The translations under genes were made by a program, and so were the position numbers. The notes beneath the pieces were generated by a model. The model was not told where the DNA came from. It was given only the letters and a program-made list of their open reading frames with translations, and searched no databases. Positions 29,072 to 38,965 of a stretch of DNA of 64,000 nt are shown here, in pieces. Every line of letters starts with the position of its first letter. The stretch's first letter is position 1. Source of the DNA: a virus; IMG/VR virus record IMGVR_UViG_3300031469_000005, positions 1 to 64,000 of that record; one strand, given 5' to 3'.

Positions 29072-29881
29072 ATGTCTCAAGAAAATTCTCCCGATTTTCA
29101 TCGTTCAATTTTTGTTGGTATCCTTAAACCGCTAAAATACGCTCAGTTGGTAAGTCCTCGCGGACAACTGATCAAGGAACTTGAGAACTACTCTTACACG
29201 CTTCCTTACGAGGTTCGATTTCAAAGCTTTGCTTGTCGAAAGTTCAAGTTGAATTACGTGAAGCAGGAAGTTTTGTGGTATTTGCGGGGCGATAAGTTCG
29301 ATTTATCGATCTGTGATAAGGCAAAGATGTGGAAAGATCTTGTCAATCACGATGGATCAATCAACAGCAATTACGGACAATACATCTTCAATTCTACTTC
29401 GAATCAATTCAACAACGTTGTTAATACATTGAAACTTGATAAAGATAGTCGACGAGCGTCGATGACAATCTTGAATTCTGAACACTTGTTCTCGAATACC
29501 AAAGATGTTCCTTGTACATACGCATTGAATTTTCGAATTCGAAAGAACGTTCTCAACATGAGCGTCCTGATGAGATCCCAGGATGCATTCTTTGGGATGG
29601 CGAACGACGCGCCTGCTTTCAGCATCATGTTCGAAATGATGTTTCATGCGTTGAAAGAATTCTACCCGGATCTCGAACAAGGTTCGTATCATCATCATTG
29701 CAATTCGTTTCACGTGTACGAGAGACACTTCGAAATGCTTGACAATATTTTGGCAGGTGATGAATATTCGCTAATTAAGTGTCCAGAAATTTCGGGTTTC
29801 GACGAAGTGAAGTTCCTTCGTGAGTTGAATTTTTCAACAATTCCTGATCGGTTCGAATTTTCTAAATGGCTCACATCGTAA
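29072..29881 (+). CDS. Thymidylate synthase superfamily, dCMP hydroxymethylase-like
   Basis: DSRRA, DVPCT, MRSQDAFFGMAND (Asp at the E. coli ThyA Asn177 position), SFHVYE. Confidence 0.85.
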   Translation: MSQENSPDFHRSIFVGILKPLKYAQLVSPRGQLIKELENYSYTLPYEVRFQSFACRKFKLNYVKQEVLWYLRGDKFDLSICDKAKMWKDLVNHDGSINSNYGQYIFNSTSNQFNNVVNTLKLDKDSRRASMTILNSEHLFSNTKDVPCTYALNFRIRKNVLNMSVLMRSQDAFFGMANDAPAFSIMFEMMFHALKEFYPDLEQGSYHHHCNSFHVYERHFEMLDNILAGDEYSLIKCPEISGFDEVKFLRELNFSTIPDRFEFSKWLTS

Positions 29882-30216
29882 ACGAAGAGATCACCGCTCT
29901 CGATTACACAAAGTATCGGCAGGTAGGCAACGCGCGCTCATCTGCCATCAAATCTTGACCAGTCTTCTGGCCCGGCGTTGGCCCGGCTGGTACTGGTGGA
30001 AATGCCCGTGCGCGGTGGTGAATCCACAAGATTTGAAACGAAATGACCTATTCATTGCGTATACGGGGTCAAATTTAGAACAATGGTTCATAATTGACGT
30101 CATATGTGGTGGTGAACGTTTCACCGCTTGGACGAGCGTAATGTATCTTTGTCGTTCAAAAGTTAGAACGTTGAGTTGTTCGAGGTTTCGTTTACTACAA
30201 GGCATGTTGGTACGCA

Positions 30217-31065
30217 ATGAGTAAAATGGGTTACAGGCCGTACACGTTTTTTTCGGGAGAATTTCGCGTCTCGATGCCAGCCGTTTTTTCGATGGACAAC
30301 TGGCAACATTCAAGCACGGCAGAACGCTTGATAGTTCGTGAAGGACTTGTCTACAGAGAGCGCCGTCCAAATGATCCTGTCGATGGGATCATTCATTTTG
30401 CTGACCTCGTTGACAAGGACATTGAACGTAACAATTATCAGGTTGTAATCGATAGTGGTTTACATTGCTGGCCCAATCCAAAGGTTCTTCTTCGAATGAT
30501 CGATCGATACGATGTTCTTGATGAATGCGTGCGAAGTGGATTCATAGATCACGAAATTCACATCAACACGCAACTTGACACCGACGCATTGTATGACATG
30601 TTTGATTTTACGAAGAGCGGGAAGCTCGTTGTCAAGATGGGAAACGTCCATCGAGGCGAAGGAAAATTTCTCATTGAGAACGTTGAACAATTTCCCGCAG
30701 TCACGTCCAGGTTTTCAATTGAATCGTACTTTGAGGGAATTTCGGTACGTTCATTGATCATTGGTGGTGATACGTTCGGAATTCGAGTTGAGAACGATCG
30801 TTCTTGGATAAAGAATTCAGCTGGTGCCGACATTGATGATTACGAGCTCTCAAAAGAGTTGATTGAACATTCACGAAATGTTGCGTATAATTTCGAATTG
30901 GACGTTGCAGGAGTTGATTACATCGTCGAAAAAGATGGAAATTTCAAGTTGCTTGAAATCAATTTCTGTCCCGGTGTTTCGGGATCCGATCGCATCGAAG
31001 AGTGCGCGAAGGAATTCTTTAAAAAGAAGATGCGTGAAATCGAGGAGCGATCACGTAAGAAATGA
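30217..31065 (+). CDS. ATP-grasp (RimK-like) ligase
   Basis: VVKMGNVHRGEGK, VAGVDYI, LLEINFCPG. Confidence 0.8.
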   Translation: MSKMGYRPYTFFSGEFRVSMPAVFSMDNWQHSSTAERLIVREGLVYRERRPNDPVDGIIHFADLVDKDIERNNYQVVIDSGLHCWPNPKVLLRMIDRYDVLDECVRSGFIDHEIHINTQLDTDALYDMFDFTKSGKLVVKMGNVHRGEGKFLIENVEQFPAVTSRFSIESYFEGISVRSLIIGGDTFGIRVENDRSWIKNSAGADIDDYELSKELIEHSRNVAYNFELDVAGVDYIVEKDGNFKLLEINFCPGVSGSDRIEECAKEFFKKKMREIEERSRKK

Positions 31066-31932
31066 ATCGATGTAGGAAATAATTGGAGAAATGCCAAAAA
31101 GTTCGAATTGAACGTCTGTTATTCTAAACAATTTAACGTTGTGTTCCTTAAACCACTCATTTTGTTCTTGGTCGTTCATCCATTTTTGGTAAATTCCGAT
31201 ATCACGTGGTTTTTTTGATGCCTTGATTTTTTCGATCGGTCGATCAAGTCCATGCCAGTAAACACCGTCAAATTGAACGTAAATATCGAATTGTTCGATG
31301 TGAATGTCAATTAGCCATTTATGTACTCGTTTTTGTCGATTTATCGTTCCGTATTTTTCTTCGAGAATTTTCGATAGTTTGATCTCGCCAACCGATGACC
31401 ATTTGTTGGGAAATTTAGTCATTTTTAGAAATAGATTTTCTCGACATTTTTCTTGTGGAAATGGTCTGTATGGAACACCGTAGTTCTTTAACCAGGTTTC
31501 TTCACGCTTTTCTCGTAATTTTTTTGACTGGAACGTGTACTTCACACCGTGATTTTTTATCATCGTTGCTGTGTACTTTTCAAGCTGTTCTGGAACACCC
31601 CACATTGAGGCACTGCCGTATTTTTCAATTCTTGTGTTGATACCTTTTTGGGTTACGGATTTGTTTTGTGCCGCCCAAGATGTTCCATATCGTTCTAAGC
31701 ACGTTTTTTCGCCCTCTAGTTGAACCTTGCTTCCCTTTTTTGAACTTGCGAATTTACAATGATTTGAACAAAAATGCATACCAGATTTAGAATTAATTTT
31801 GCGTTTTGCGCCGTGTTCATATTCAACGCCGCAATCAACGTTATCACACTTTAAAACGTACAGAATTTTAGGTTTTTTGAACTGATTTCCTTTGTAAGTA
31901 AAATGAATTTTTTCTATCGTTCTCAAAAACAT
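31051..31932 (-). CDS. Free-standing homing endonuclease, paralogue of 22323..23396
   Basis: TCLERYG repeats; YVQFDGVYWHGLDR..PRD. Confidence 0.8.
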   Translation of the reverse strand: MFLRTIEKIHFTYKGNQFKKPKILYVLKCDNVDCGVEYEHGAKRKINSKSGMHFCSNHCKFASSKKGSKVQLEGEKTCLERYGTSWAAQNKSVTQKGINTRIEKYGSASMWGVPEQLEKYTATMIKNHGVKYTFQSKKLREKREETWLKNYGVPYRPFPQEKCRENLFLKMTKFPNKWSSVGEIKLSKILEEKYGTINRQKRVHKWLIDIHIEQFDIYVQFDGVYWHGLDRPIEKIKASKKPRDIGIYQKWMNDQEQNEWFKEHNVKLFRITDVQFELFGISPIISYIDSFLT

Positions 31933-31955
31933 GATAATAGATATTCGACATAAGT

Positions 31956-32513
31956 ATGAAAGTACCTGAATTTATTGTATATTGCGGTCCGATGTTCAGC
32001 GGTAAGACGTCTAATCTTCTCTCGTACATTGATAAGTGCAAGTACCAGAAACGTAGTGTGATCGCGTTCAAGCCATCGCTTGACAATCGTTACAGTCAAT
32101 CATCGATCGTTTCTCATAACGGTTGGCAAACTGATGCAATCGTGATTTCAAGCATTGATGAGTTGTACGAGCACATCGTAAGGCTGGATGAAAAACCGAA
32201 CGTTGTTGCGTTCGACGAGGTTTTCATGCTTGAAGGTACAGCCGATGCATTGATATGGATGTTCAAAGAGGGAATAACCATCGTCGCTTCGAGTCTCGAC
32301 ATTGGTTACAATGGGAAGACGTTCAAGGAGGTCGAAAGGATACTACCTTGGGCGACAAAGATAGAAAAATGTCCCGCGGTTTGCACGGTTTGCGGTAATG
32401 ACGCTTTCTATACCCACAAAAAGGTTTTCAACGAAAACGAGATAGAAATTGGTGGAGTTGATCTTTATGAATCGAGATGTTTTGAACACCATCCATTTGT
32501 GAGAAATGCTTAA
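31956..32513 (+). CDS. tdk: Thymidine kinase
   Basis: GPMFSGKT, FKPSLDNRY, FDEVF, CTVC..IGG..YESRC. Confidence 0.95.
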   Translation: MKVPEFIVYCGPMFSGKTSNLLSYIDKCKYQKRSVIAFKPSLDNRYSQSSIVSHNGWQTDAIVISSIDELYEHIVRLDEKPNVVAFDEVFMLEGTADALIWMFKEGITIVASSLDIGYNGKTFKEVERILPWATKIEKCPAVCTVCGNDAFYTHKKVFNENEIEIGGVDLYESRCFEHHPFVRNA

Positions 32514-33148
32514 GATTTTTGACAGCGCGAAATTCTTTACACGGTTGAACGGTCATAACATGACACCCCGTGAAAGGACGAGGAATCTTAAGGGAAAATT
32601 GTTATTGGTATTGGGAAGAACAAAGCATCGTCAAACATTGCACTGGCCGATCGTTTATGTTCTTTGTGAGGGAAACATGTACACAAAAACGTATTCAACG
32701 ATTGAAATGTTGAATAATGACTGGAAATTCGATGATCGGTAGATTGATCGGGATTGGTACCGAGGGTGAATGTTGTGAAAAGTGGAAGGCACTCAGCCAC
32801 ATGTTCAACGAGGGATCCGATTGTTCGACAAGAATGAGGTCGATTCAAATTAACAATCAATTCTTGATGGTCCTTTCAATGACGAAACAAAATGCTCATG
32901 TAGATCTGTGGAAAATCATTTACATGAAACAGAATGGTAAAACACTGTTTCAGTTCTATGAGCCCCGCTGGATGAAACAATTTAAAGATTTCGTAGATCA
33001 ACACACGATTGCTCGAGCATTGAACGAACCATCGTTAGTGTTGTACGTTAACACATGAAGAATTTTTTGACGGGTGCTGTCACTTTTTTGATTTGTACGC
33101 TGGCAGCGTTTTCTCTCTATTATTGTTCGGTCGTCGGAATCAAATGAA

Positions 33149-33757
33149 ATGATTGATGCACGAATACCCTGGCCACGTCTTTGGATGAACATCGCTCACC
33201 AGATCGCGAATGCAAGATCGCTCGACCCACGACTAAAGGTGGGGTGTATTATCGTTCCCGAAGATAACACACGAATTCTGGCTATGGGTTACAATGGTAA
33301 GGCAAAAGGAGAAAGTAATGAACCAGACAGTTTAGAACCTGGACAATCGGGAATGGTTCACGCTGAGCAGAATTCATTGATAAAACTTGATTTTAATGAT
33401 CATAAAAGAAAAATCATGTATGTTACAACGGAACCTTGTTTAATATGTTCACGCATGATTATTAATGCTGGTATTACCACAGTAGTTTATGATAAATCAT
33501 ATCGTGATCATTCTGGTTTATTTTTGTTAAAAAAATCTGGAATTAATGTGTTTCAGATTAATGAAATGAATTCGATTCAACCAAAATTTAATGCGTTTTC
33601 TTCTGATATCGGAAATAAATGTTGTGAATATGTAGATCATGATCGCAAAGAGAAAAAATTGCAAACGAATTTCTTTAGAAGAAATCGAATACACAAATTT
33701 TTTACAACCACAATCAAGCAAATTATTACGACAATTTCATTTCAATCAAAAACTTGA
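33149..33757 (+). CDS. dCMP deaminase (ComEB-like)
   Basis: KVGCII, MGYNG, VHAEQN, EPCLIC. Confidence 0.9.
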   Translation: MIDARIPWPRLWMNIAHQIANARSLDPRLKVGCIIVPEDNTRILAMGYNGKAKGESNEPDSLEPGQSGMVHAEQNSLIKLDFNDHKRKIMYVTTEPCLICSRMIINAGITTVVYDKSYRDHSGLFLLKKSGINVFQINEMNSIQPKFNAFSSDIGNKCCEYVDHDRKEKKLQTNFFRRNRIHKFFTTTIKQIITTISFQSKT

Positions 33758-34733
33758 TCATATACCTTCGTGCATTATTACAGGTTTACCTGCACATTTT
33801 TGTTCTCATAAAAATAAATACGAAGTTGTTTGTAGTGAACTTTTTACTGAATTTGTTAAACATGACCCCCATATAAACGTTGATCCGTTAAAATGGTTAA
33901 ATTTGTTCATATCGGGTGCGACCGTCTATGAACTTCGTATTTTAAAAAAACAACGTTTTTTTCATCGATTTCGTAATTTTTTTCAGAATTGTCATACGAA
34001 ATCTGAATTCATTGCTAGATTAGTTGAAAAAGAGTATTTATTACATGCGGCGGAAGCTCTTGTGGGGGATTTCGATTCAAAAATTTGGACAACGATTTTA
34101 TCGTTTGTAGAACGATTTAATACGTCAACAAGACACGTTAAAAATAATTCGATTCAATGGTTTGTTTTACGAGGTTATTCCGAAATTGAAGCTAAGCAAA
34201 AATTAGCTGTTTTCTGTAATGTTTGGTCAAGAATTGTAAAACCAAAAATTGAAAATGATAAACAAGAAATGGAACGCTGGATTGAAAGTAGAATGCATGG
34301 AATGCGTGCACAAAATCATTCTTCAAAAATTGAAAATCTTTTAGTGGAAGAACTTTCAAAGAAATTTTTAGTCAAAAAACAACTAATGATTAAATTTACA
34401 GAAAAACCTTCAAAATTTGATGAAATCAAAAATAAAGGTCGATTTGTTGTCGATATGCTGGTAAATGATACTCATTTAATTGAGTACTATGGCAGTTATT
34501 GGCATTTTGATATTTTTAGACGAAAATCGAATGCTACGCTTGAAGAATATTCTGCTCAAATTAAAAGGTTAAAATTTTTACATGAAATTTCACAATACAA
34601 CATTATCGTATTGTGGGAACATGATTTTCAAAATATTGAAACTACGTTAAAAACTATCGAAAATTTCATTTCGAATGGGAAAGAATTTAATTCCATTCAA
34701 CAAATTGATCATAAAATTTATAACGAACTCTAG
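33639..34733 (+). CDS. Free-standing endonuclease (Vsr-like)
   Basis: SSKIE..VDML..IEYYGSYWH..VLWEHD; very AT-rich. Confidence 0.7.
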   Translation: MIAKRKNCKRISLEEIEYTNFLQPQSSKLLRQFHFNQKLDHIPSCIITGLPAHFCSHKNKYEVVCSELFTEFVKHDPHINVDPLKWLNLFISGATVYELRILKKQRFFHRFRNFFQNCHTKSEFIARLVEKEYLLHAAEALVGDFDSKIWTTILSFVERFNTSTRHVKNNSIQWFVLRGYSEIEAKQKLAVFCNVWSRIVKPKIENDKQEMERWIESRMHGMRAQNHSSKIENLLVEELSKKFLVKKQLMIKFTEKPSKFDEIKNKGRFVVDMLVNDTHLIEYYGSYWHFDIFRRKSNATLEEYSAQIKRLKFLHEISQYNIIVLWEHDFQNIETTLKTIENFISNGKEFNSIQQIDHKIYNEL

Positions 34734-34741
34734 TTACTATT

Positions 34742-35020
34742 ATGAAAGTTCTCACCGAATCAGACGTTCTTCGTATCATGCGAGAAGAATGGGAAGCGAA
34801 GGTAGCATCCTTGACTGAAGACCTGAAACTTGCTGCTCGTGTCAAAGGAGAATCTCAGCCCGTTCTCGCTCCCGAAACAAAAATAGTTCATATCAAAAGT
34901 GGAATTCGATATACGGTAAATGCGGTGAATTTTGGTGAACGATATGTTGAACTAAGAACTCCCGAGGGTGAATTATTTACCATCCGGGGCGATGATTTAG
35001 AAGAATATAATGTGGCGTGA
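34742..35020 (+). CDS. Putative late/virion-associated small protein
   Basis: TAGTTA upstream; LRIMREE N-terminus. Confidence 0.6.
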   Translation: MKVLTESDVLRIMREEWEAKVASLTEDLKLAARVKGESQPVLAPETKIVHIKSGIRYTVNAVNFGERYVELRTPEGELFTIRGDDLEEYNVA

Positions 35021-35052
35021 ATCAATGACACGCGAAACATACTTAGGACATA

Positions 35053-35760
35053 ATGGAAAAGTTTAAGGATCTTCTAAATGACATCGATCTTAAAAAGATC
35101 GTTCGTGAATCGATCAATGGAACAAAGCAACCTCTGAAGGAAGCATACGTTTCCAAGCAAAAGACGTTCAATCAGGTCTCTGAGTTCGTCTCGCAAAAGA
35201 CGAAGGATGCTCACACGAAGCTCTACGCTGGTTACGTTGATTCCAGCAACAAGACATCTGCTGAACTCGACACTGTGAATCGTTCACCTGATGAGGTCAA
35301 TTCATCACACAGCAAGTACCGCTCGCTGAAGCTCGATGAGACGTACAACCTGAACGCGAAGTGGTTGCATGAGCTTTACTTCGCCAACTGCTACGACCCG
35401 CATTCAGAAATTTTCATGGATACACTTTCGTACATGAAGATCCAGCGTGACTTTGGCGACTTCGATTCCTGGCAAAAGGACATGATCGCTTGCGGTCTTG
35501 CGGCCGGTAACGGTTGGGCGGTTCTCGCTTACAACATGCACTTGCAGCGTTACGTTAACACGATCGTTAGCAATCACTCAGGCGACGTCATGATGGGATT
35601 GTTCCCCGTTCTCGTCATTGACATGAATGAACATGCTTATTCACGTGATTACCTCGATGACAAAAAAAGTTATCTCGTCGCGATGATGCGTGAGATCAAT
35701 TGGAACGTTGTTGAGGAACGTTTCACCAAGGCAGAAAAGATTGCTCAGGTACTGAAGTGA
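35053..35760 (+). CDS. Fe/Mn superoxide dismutase-like protein with N-terminal extension
   Basis: AHTKLYAGYV, LHELYF, RDFGDFD, GWAVL, PVLVIDMNEHAY..DY, INW. Confidence 0.85.
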   Translation: MEKFKDLLNDIDLKKIVRESINGTKQPLKEAYVSKQKTFNQVSEFVSQKTKDAHTKLYAGYVDSSNKTSAELDTVNRSPDEVNSSHSKYRSLKLDETYNLNAKWLHELYFANCYDPHSEIFMDTLSYMKIQRDFGDFDSWQKDMIACGLAAGNGWAVLAYNMHLQRYVNTIVSNHSGDVMMGLFPVLVIDMNEHAYSRDYLDDKKSYLVAMMREINWNVVEERFTKAEKIAQVLK

Positions 35761-36341
35761 AGATCAAGCTTTCAGAGTTACGACGTGTCATCGCGAACGA
35801 CTTTCGTTCGGGGGGTAATGTTTCCCCTTCCTCGGTGATGCGAAAGCTTCGTGAAACAACGTCGAATCCGGATCACGTTGAGAACGGCACGTCGCTTGAT
35901 GCTCAGGTCGATCGTTACTTCACTGAGTACGAGAACGGCGCAAAAGCGGCGAAGACCGAAGGAAACGATTTCTTTCGTACGTTTCGCAAGCTCATGGAGG
36001 CCGAAGGAGACGAGGAAGAAATGGGAGACGATGAGCCAACCGAAGAAGCTCCCGCTGAACCAACTCAGCCTACGAAGATGACGGTCGAAGACATCGATGT
36101 CGGTGCATTCGTGAACGATGTCGCCCGTTTGATCGAGAACTACGATAATCTTTTAGAGGTTCGCAGCACGATAATCAAACGTTCCATCAATTTCATTTCG
36201 AAGAGCTACGATTCAGATGTCGTCAAGGCCTTGAAAGACGCGTTCAAGAATGAACATTCGATGGTCGCAGACAAGACTGAAAGCGAACACGAAACGGATG
36301 ATTTTGTTGCTCCTCGGGCAGCCGAGGCGGGGCCTCTCTAA
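35757..36341 (+). CDS. Acidic putative head-associated protein
   Basis: MKIKLSELRRVI N-terminus; LMEAE; acidic linker. Confidence 0.6.
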   Translation: MKIKLSELRRVIANDFRSGGNVSPSSVMRKLRETTSNPDHVENGTSLDAQVDRYFTEYENGAKAAKTEGNDFFRTFRKLMEAEGDEEEMGDDEPTEEAPAEPTQPTKMTVEDIDVGAFVNDVARLIENYDNLLEVRSTIIKRSINFISKSYDSDVVKALKDAFKNEHSMVADKTESEHETDDFVAPRAAEAGPL

Positions 36342-36683
36342 ATGAAAATTCGTTCTGATTTCATGGAGGATCGCAAAAGCATCCATGTTGGATTGCGAAA
36401 GGAAGTGTACCTCGAATTCAGGAAGAAGATGTTCGACATGAACATCACTATTCAGGCAGCGCTCGAAGAGTTCTGCAAGCTCGTTGTCGCTGACTACGCT
36501 CCTGCGACTCGGATGCTGGAAAAGATTTCACTCGCTATAGTGAAAGGCGAGATCGAGAAGTACTACTCGAAATCAAAGAAAAACGATAAGATCGATGCAC
36601 TCGATCATGATGCGTTGTACAATCTCATTAACCAGAAGTTAAAGGAAACCGATGATGAAATCTCTGATGCAGAAATTGACTGA
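36342..36683 (+). CDS. Possible ribbon-helix-helix DNA-binding protein
   Basis: RKSIHVGLRKEVYLEFRKK..ITIQAALEEF pattern. Confidence 0.45.
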   Translation: MKIRSDFMEDRKSIHVGLRKEVYLEFRKKMFDMNITIQAALEEFCKLVVADYAPATRMLEKISLAIVKGEIEKYYSKSKKNDKIDALDHDALYNLINQKLKETDDEISDAEID

Positions 36684-36932
36684 AGGTTACATTTCTCAAT
36701 CCCCCGCCTTTGTTTCCTTGAAACAACAAGTTGATGAGAACGAGAAAGTCATTGAGAGGCAAAACAGTGTCATTGCAAGCTTGCTTGAATCTCTTGAAGG
36801 GCTGAATTTAATCGTTCAAAAGCACGATGAGATCATTTTTGATCTTTTGGAAGCTTTCGCGCCGAGCAATTCTTTTGACCTGAATGGGTTGGGAATGCCC
36901 GAGACCAAAGTAGATAAGTCGAAGTTGAACTA

Positions 36933-37334
36933 ATGAACATTTTTCTAAAAAAAGCAGTTGCATTCTTCAAGAAGCATTGGGCAATAATTCTCGTCGTTGT
37001 TGGGGGAATAGTCGCTTTCATTGCGACGAAAGGTAAGAAAATTCCGAACTTCGCTGATGATTTCATGAAGGTTCGAAAGATTCATGAAGACGAGCTTGCA
37101 AAGATCGAAACCGTTCGTAAGGAAGAAATCGTTCAAAAGCAAGCGGTCAAGGATGCACGTGATGCTTCGTTGAAGACGATTGAGGTTGAGACGTCAGACG
37201 CGAAGAAAGCGTTCGAAGCAAAGAAAATCGAAGAAACGAACGCGCTTTTGGATGCAACAAAGAACGACGCTGAAAAACTCGCGGATGAACTTAGCAAGAC
37301 GACAAAATTCAAAGTAATTCCTCCAAAGGATTGA
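36933..37334 (+). CDS. N-terminal TM + coiled coil (i-spanin-like topology)
   Basis: WAIILVVVGGIVAFIA followed by a charged helix. Confidence 0.5.
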   Translation: MNIFLKKAVAFFKKHWAIILVVVGGIVAFIATKGKKIPNFADDFMKVRKIHEDELAKIETVRKEEIVQKQAVKDARDASLKTIEVETSDAKKAFEAKKIEETNALLDATKNDAEKLADELSKTTKFKVIPPKD

Positions 37335-37978
37335 TCGTGGCAAAATCGATAATCGATGAAAAGGTTTTAACCGAAGAAGGCTCAGACATCAAAATCACAG
37401 CGTGTACCGTTGATGATACGACTAGAAAGTCCTTGAATGTCGGAGACGTAAAAATTCCTCCGATTTACAATGAAATTGAAAATTACTTGTCCGGCGGTCT
37501 CAAGTCGAAGACTACGACAACGTATAAAAGTACAACGTTCGATTTTGGTATTTCAAGTGCCGCACATCCTCTTTACTTGTTTGATTTTCGTCAAGAAGGT
37601 AAAACGGTTTGCAGGTCACGATTCGATGTTGCAAAACGAATGTTCATTGATACCATCCCCGACGTAATTCCTAGAAATGAATTAAATGAATACGCGTTCA
37701 AGGCTTGCAACGAGTACATGAACCTTTCAAGCTCACTGAAAACTCTGAAAAATTTGCTTCCTAAGAAAAACTTGACACCAGTTCAAAAGGTTTTGAATTT
37801 TTTTGACAGTACCTTCGGAAGATGCTTATTGTTCGCTTGGTTCGTGTTATGCGGCATATACACAGGATGCGTTCTTGGAGCGATGCCCGAATGCGTTCCA
37901 GGTCGCAGACCGATTCCACAATTAGTTTGTGATAAGGGTGGCCATTGGGTCGTTACGGAAAAAAGTTGGAACGAATGA
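37331..37978 (+). CDS. Hypothetical protein with C-terminal TM
   Basis: 215 aa; LLFAWFVLCGIYTGCVLG. Confidence 0.5.
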   Translation: MIVAKSIIDEKVLTEEGSDIKITACTVDDTTRKSLNVGDVKIPPIYNEIENYLSGGLKSKTTTTYKSTTFDFGISSAAHPLYLFDFRQEGKTVCRSRFDVAKRMFIDTIPDVIPRNELNEYAFKACNEYMNLSSSLKTLKNLLPKKNLTPVQKVLNFFDSTFGRCLLFAWFVLCGIYTGCVLGAMPECVPGRRPIPQLVCDKGGHWVVTEKSWNE

Positions 37979-38475
37979 TGAAACGATTCTTAAGTTGCGT
38001 TATGTTGGGATCCCTGCTGGCGACGAACATCGTTCATGCTCAGGACGTTGTTCTTCCGCCCGTACCAGTGATGGAATTGAATGAACCGAACGTTGGTGAA
38101 GCTATCTCGCCTCTAAAACTCGGACAAAAGGCTCCGTTCACCGGCATCCTGTTCTCACCCGCCGCGGCGGCGAAAATCAACACCGAACTCAAGAACGTCC
38201 CCGAACAGATCAACATTGAGATCGACCGTGTCAACAAGATCTGTAACGCGGAATGTCAATTCAAGTTGAACAATGTCACGATTGAACGACGTACGGATCA
38301 ACAAATTGCTTCGGCTCGTCTTTCATCCGCAGTGTCTGAAAATGAGTTGCTCGTCAACCGCATCAAGAAGCTCGAGAATTCGCAATCAAATGTTTTGTGG
38401 TGGACAATTGGTGGGTTCGCTGGTGGGGCTCTCGTGACCGTTCTCGTGGTCGTGAGCACGTCTTTAGGCTACTAA
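37975..38475 (+). CDS. Signal peptide + coiled coil + C-terminal TM (spanin-like partner)
   Basis: MKRFLSCVMLGSLLATNIVHA; WWTIGGFAGGALVTVLVVV. Confidence 0.5.
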   Translation: MMKRFLSCVMLGSLLATNIVHAQDVVLPPVPVMELNEPNVGEAISPLKLGQKAPFTGILFSPAAAAKINTELKNVPEQINIEIDRVNKICNAECQFKLNNVTIERRTDQQIASARLSSAVSENELLVNRIKKLENSQSNVLWWTIGGFAGGALVTVLVVVSTSLGY

Positions 38476-38505
38476 ATAAGTCTCGAGCTGAAGATACTTA
38501 AGTTC

Positions 38506-38838
38506 ATGAGCGATCCTGAAAAACAAGTAGTTGAAGTTCAGCAACCCCCAAACGTAACGATCACGAAGACTGAAACTGACGACGGTACCACGAAGACCGA
38601 GGTCGAGATCACGCCACAACTTAAGGACAAATGGTGGTTGGTTGGGGACAATAAAGGTAATGGATCGGTGAGCACCACCCTCCTCGTCGTTGCTTTCGTT
38701 GTCACGACAATTTCGTACGTCCTGAACATGTTCAATATTCCTTGGCTTCGACCGTTCGATGTTGCTGCGGTCGGTGTGTATACCGTTCCGATCATCAGTC
38801 TTTATTTTGGAAGAACTTGGACAAAATCTAAAGAATAG
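38506..38838 (+). CDS. Two-TM membrane protein (holin-like)
   Basis: Two hydrophobic helices, basic C-terminus; ATACTTA 5 nt upstream. Confidence 0.5.
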   Translation: MSDPEKQVVEVQQPPNVTITKTETDDGTTKTEVEITPQLKDKWWLVGDNKGNGSVSTTLLVVAFVVTTISYVLNMFNIPWLRPFDVAAVGVYTVPIISLYFGRTWTKSKE

Positions 38839-38965
38839 TAGATTTTCGTTTTTCAGTTGCAAGTTTTTTTCATCAAGCGTGAGATCAATGTACACATAAT
38901 ACATGTTCAAACGTAAAAAATTAACCTTCAAGGTAAACCGAGTGCAAAGTAGATAGTTACTCTTT

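Noticed and set aside
29072-29881. Calling this gene thyA
   Set aside because: The specificity residue is Asp rather than Asn, which points to a dCMP-modifying enzyme
29968-29987. TGGCCCGGC direct repeat
   Set aside because: Only two short copies, with no supporting context
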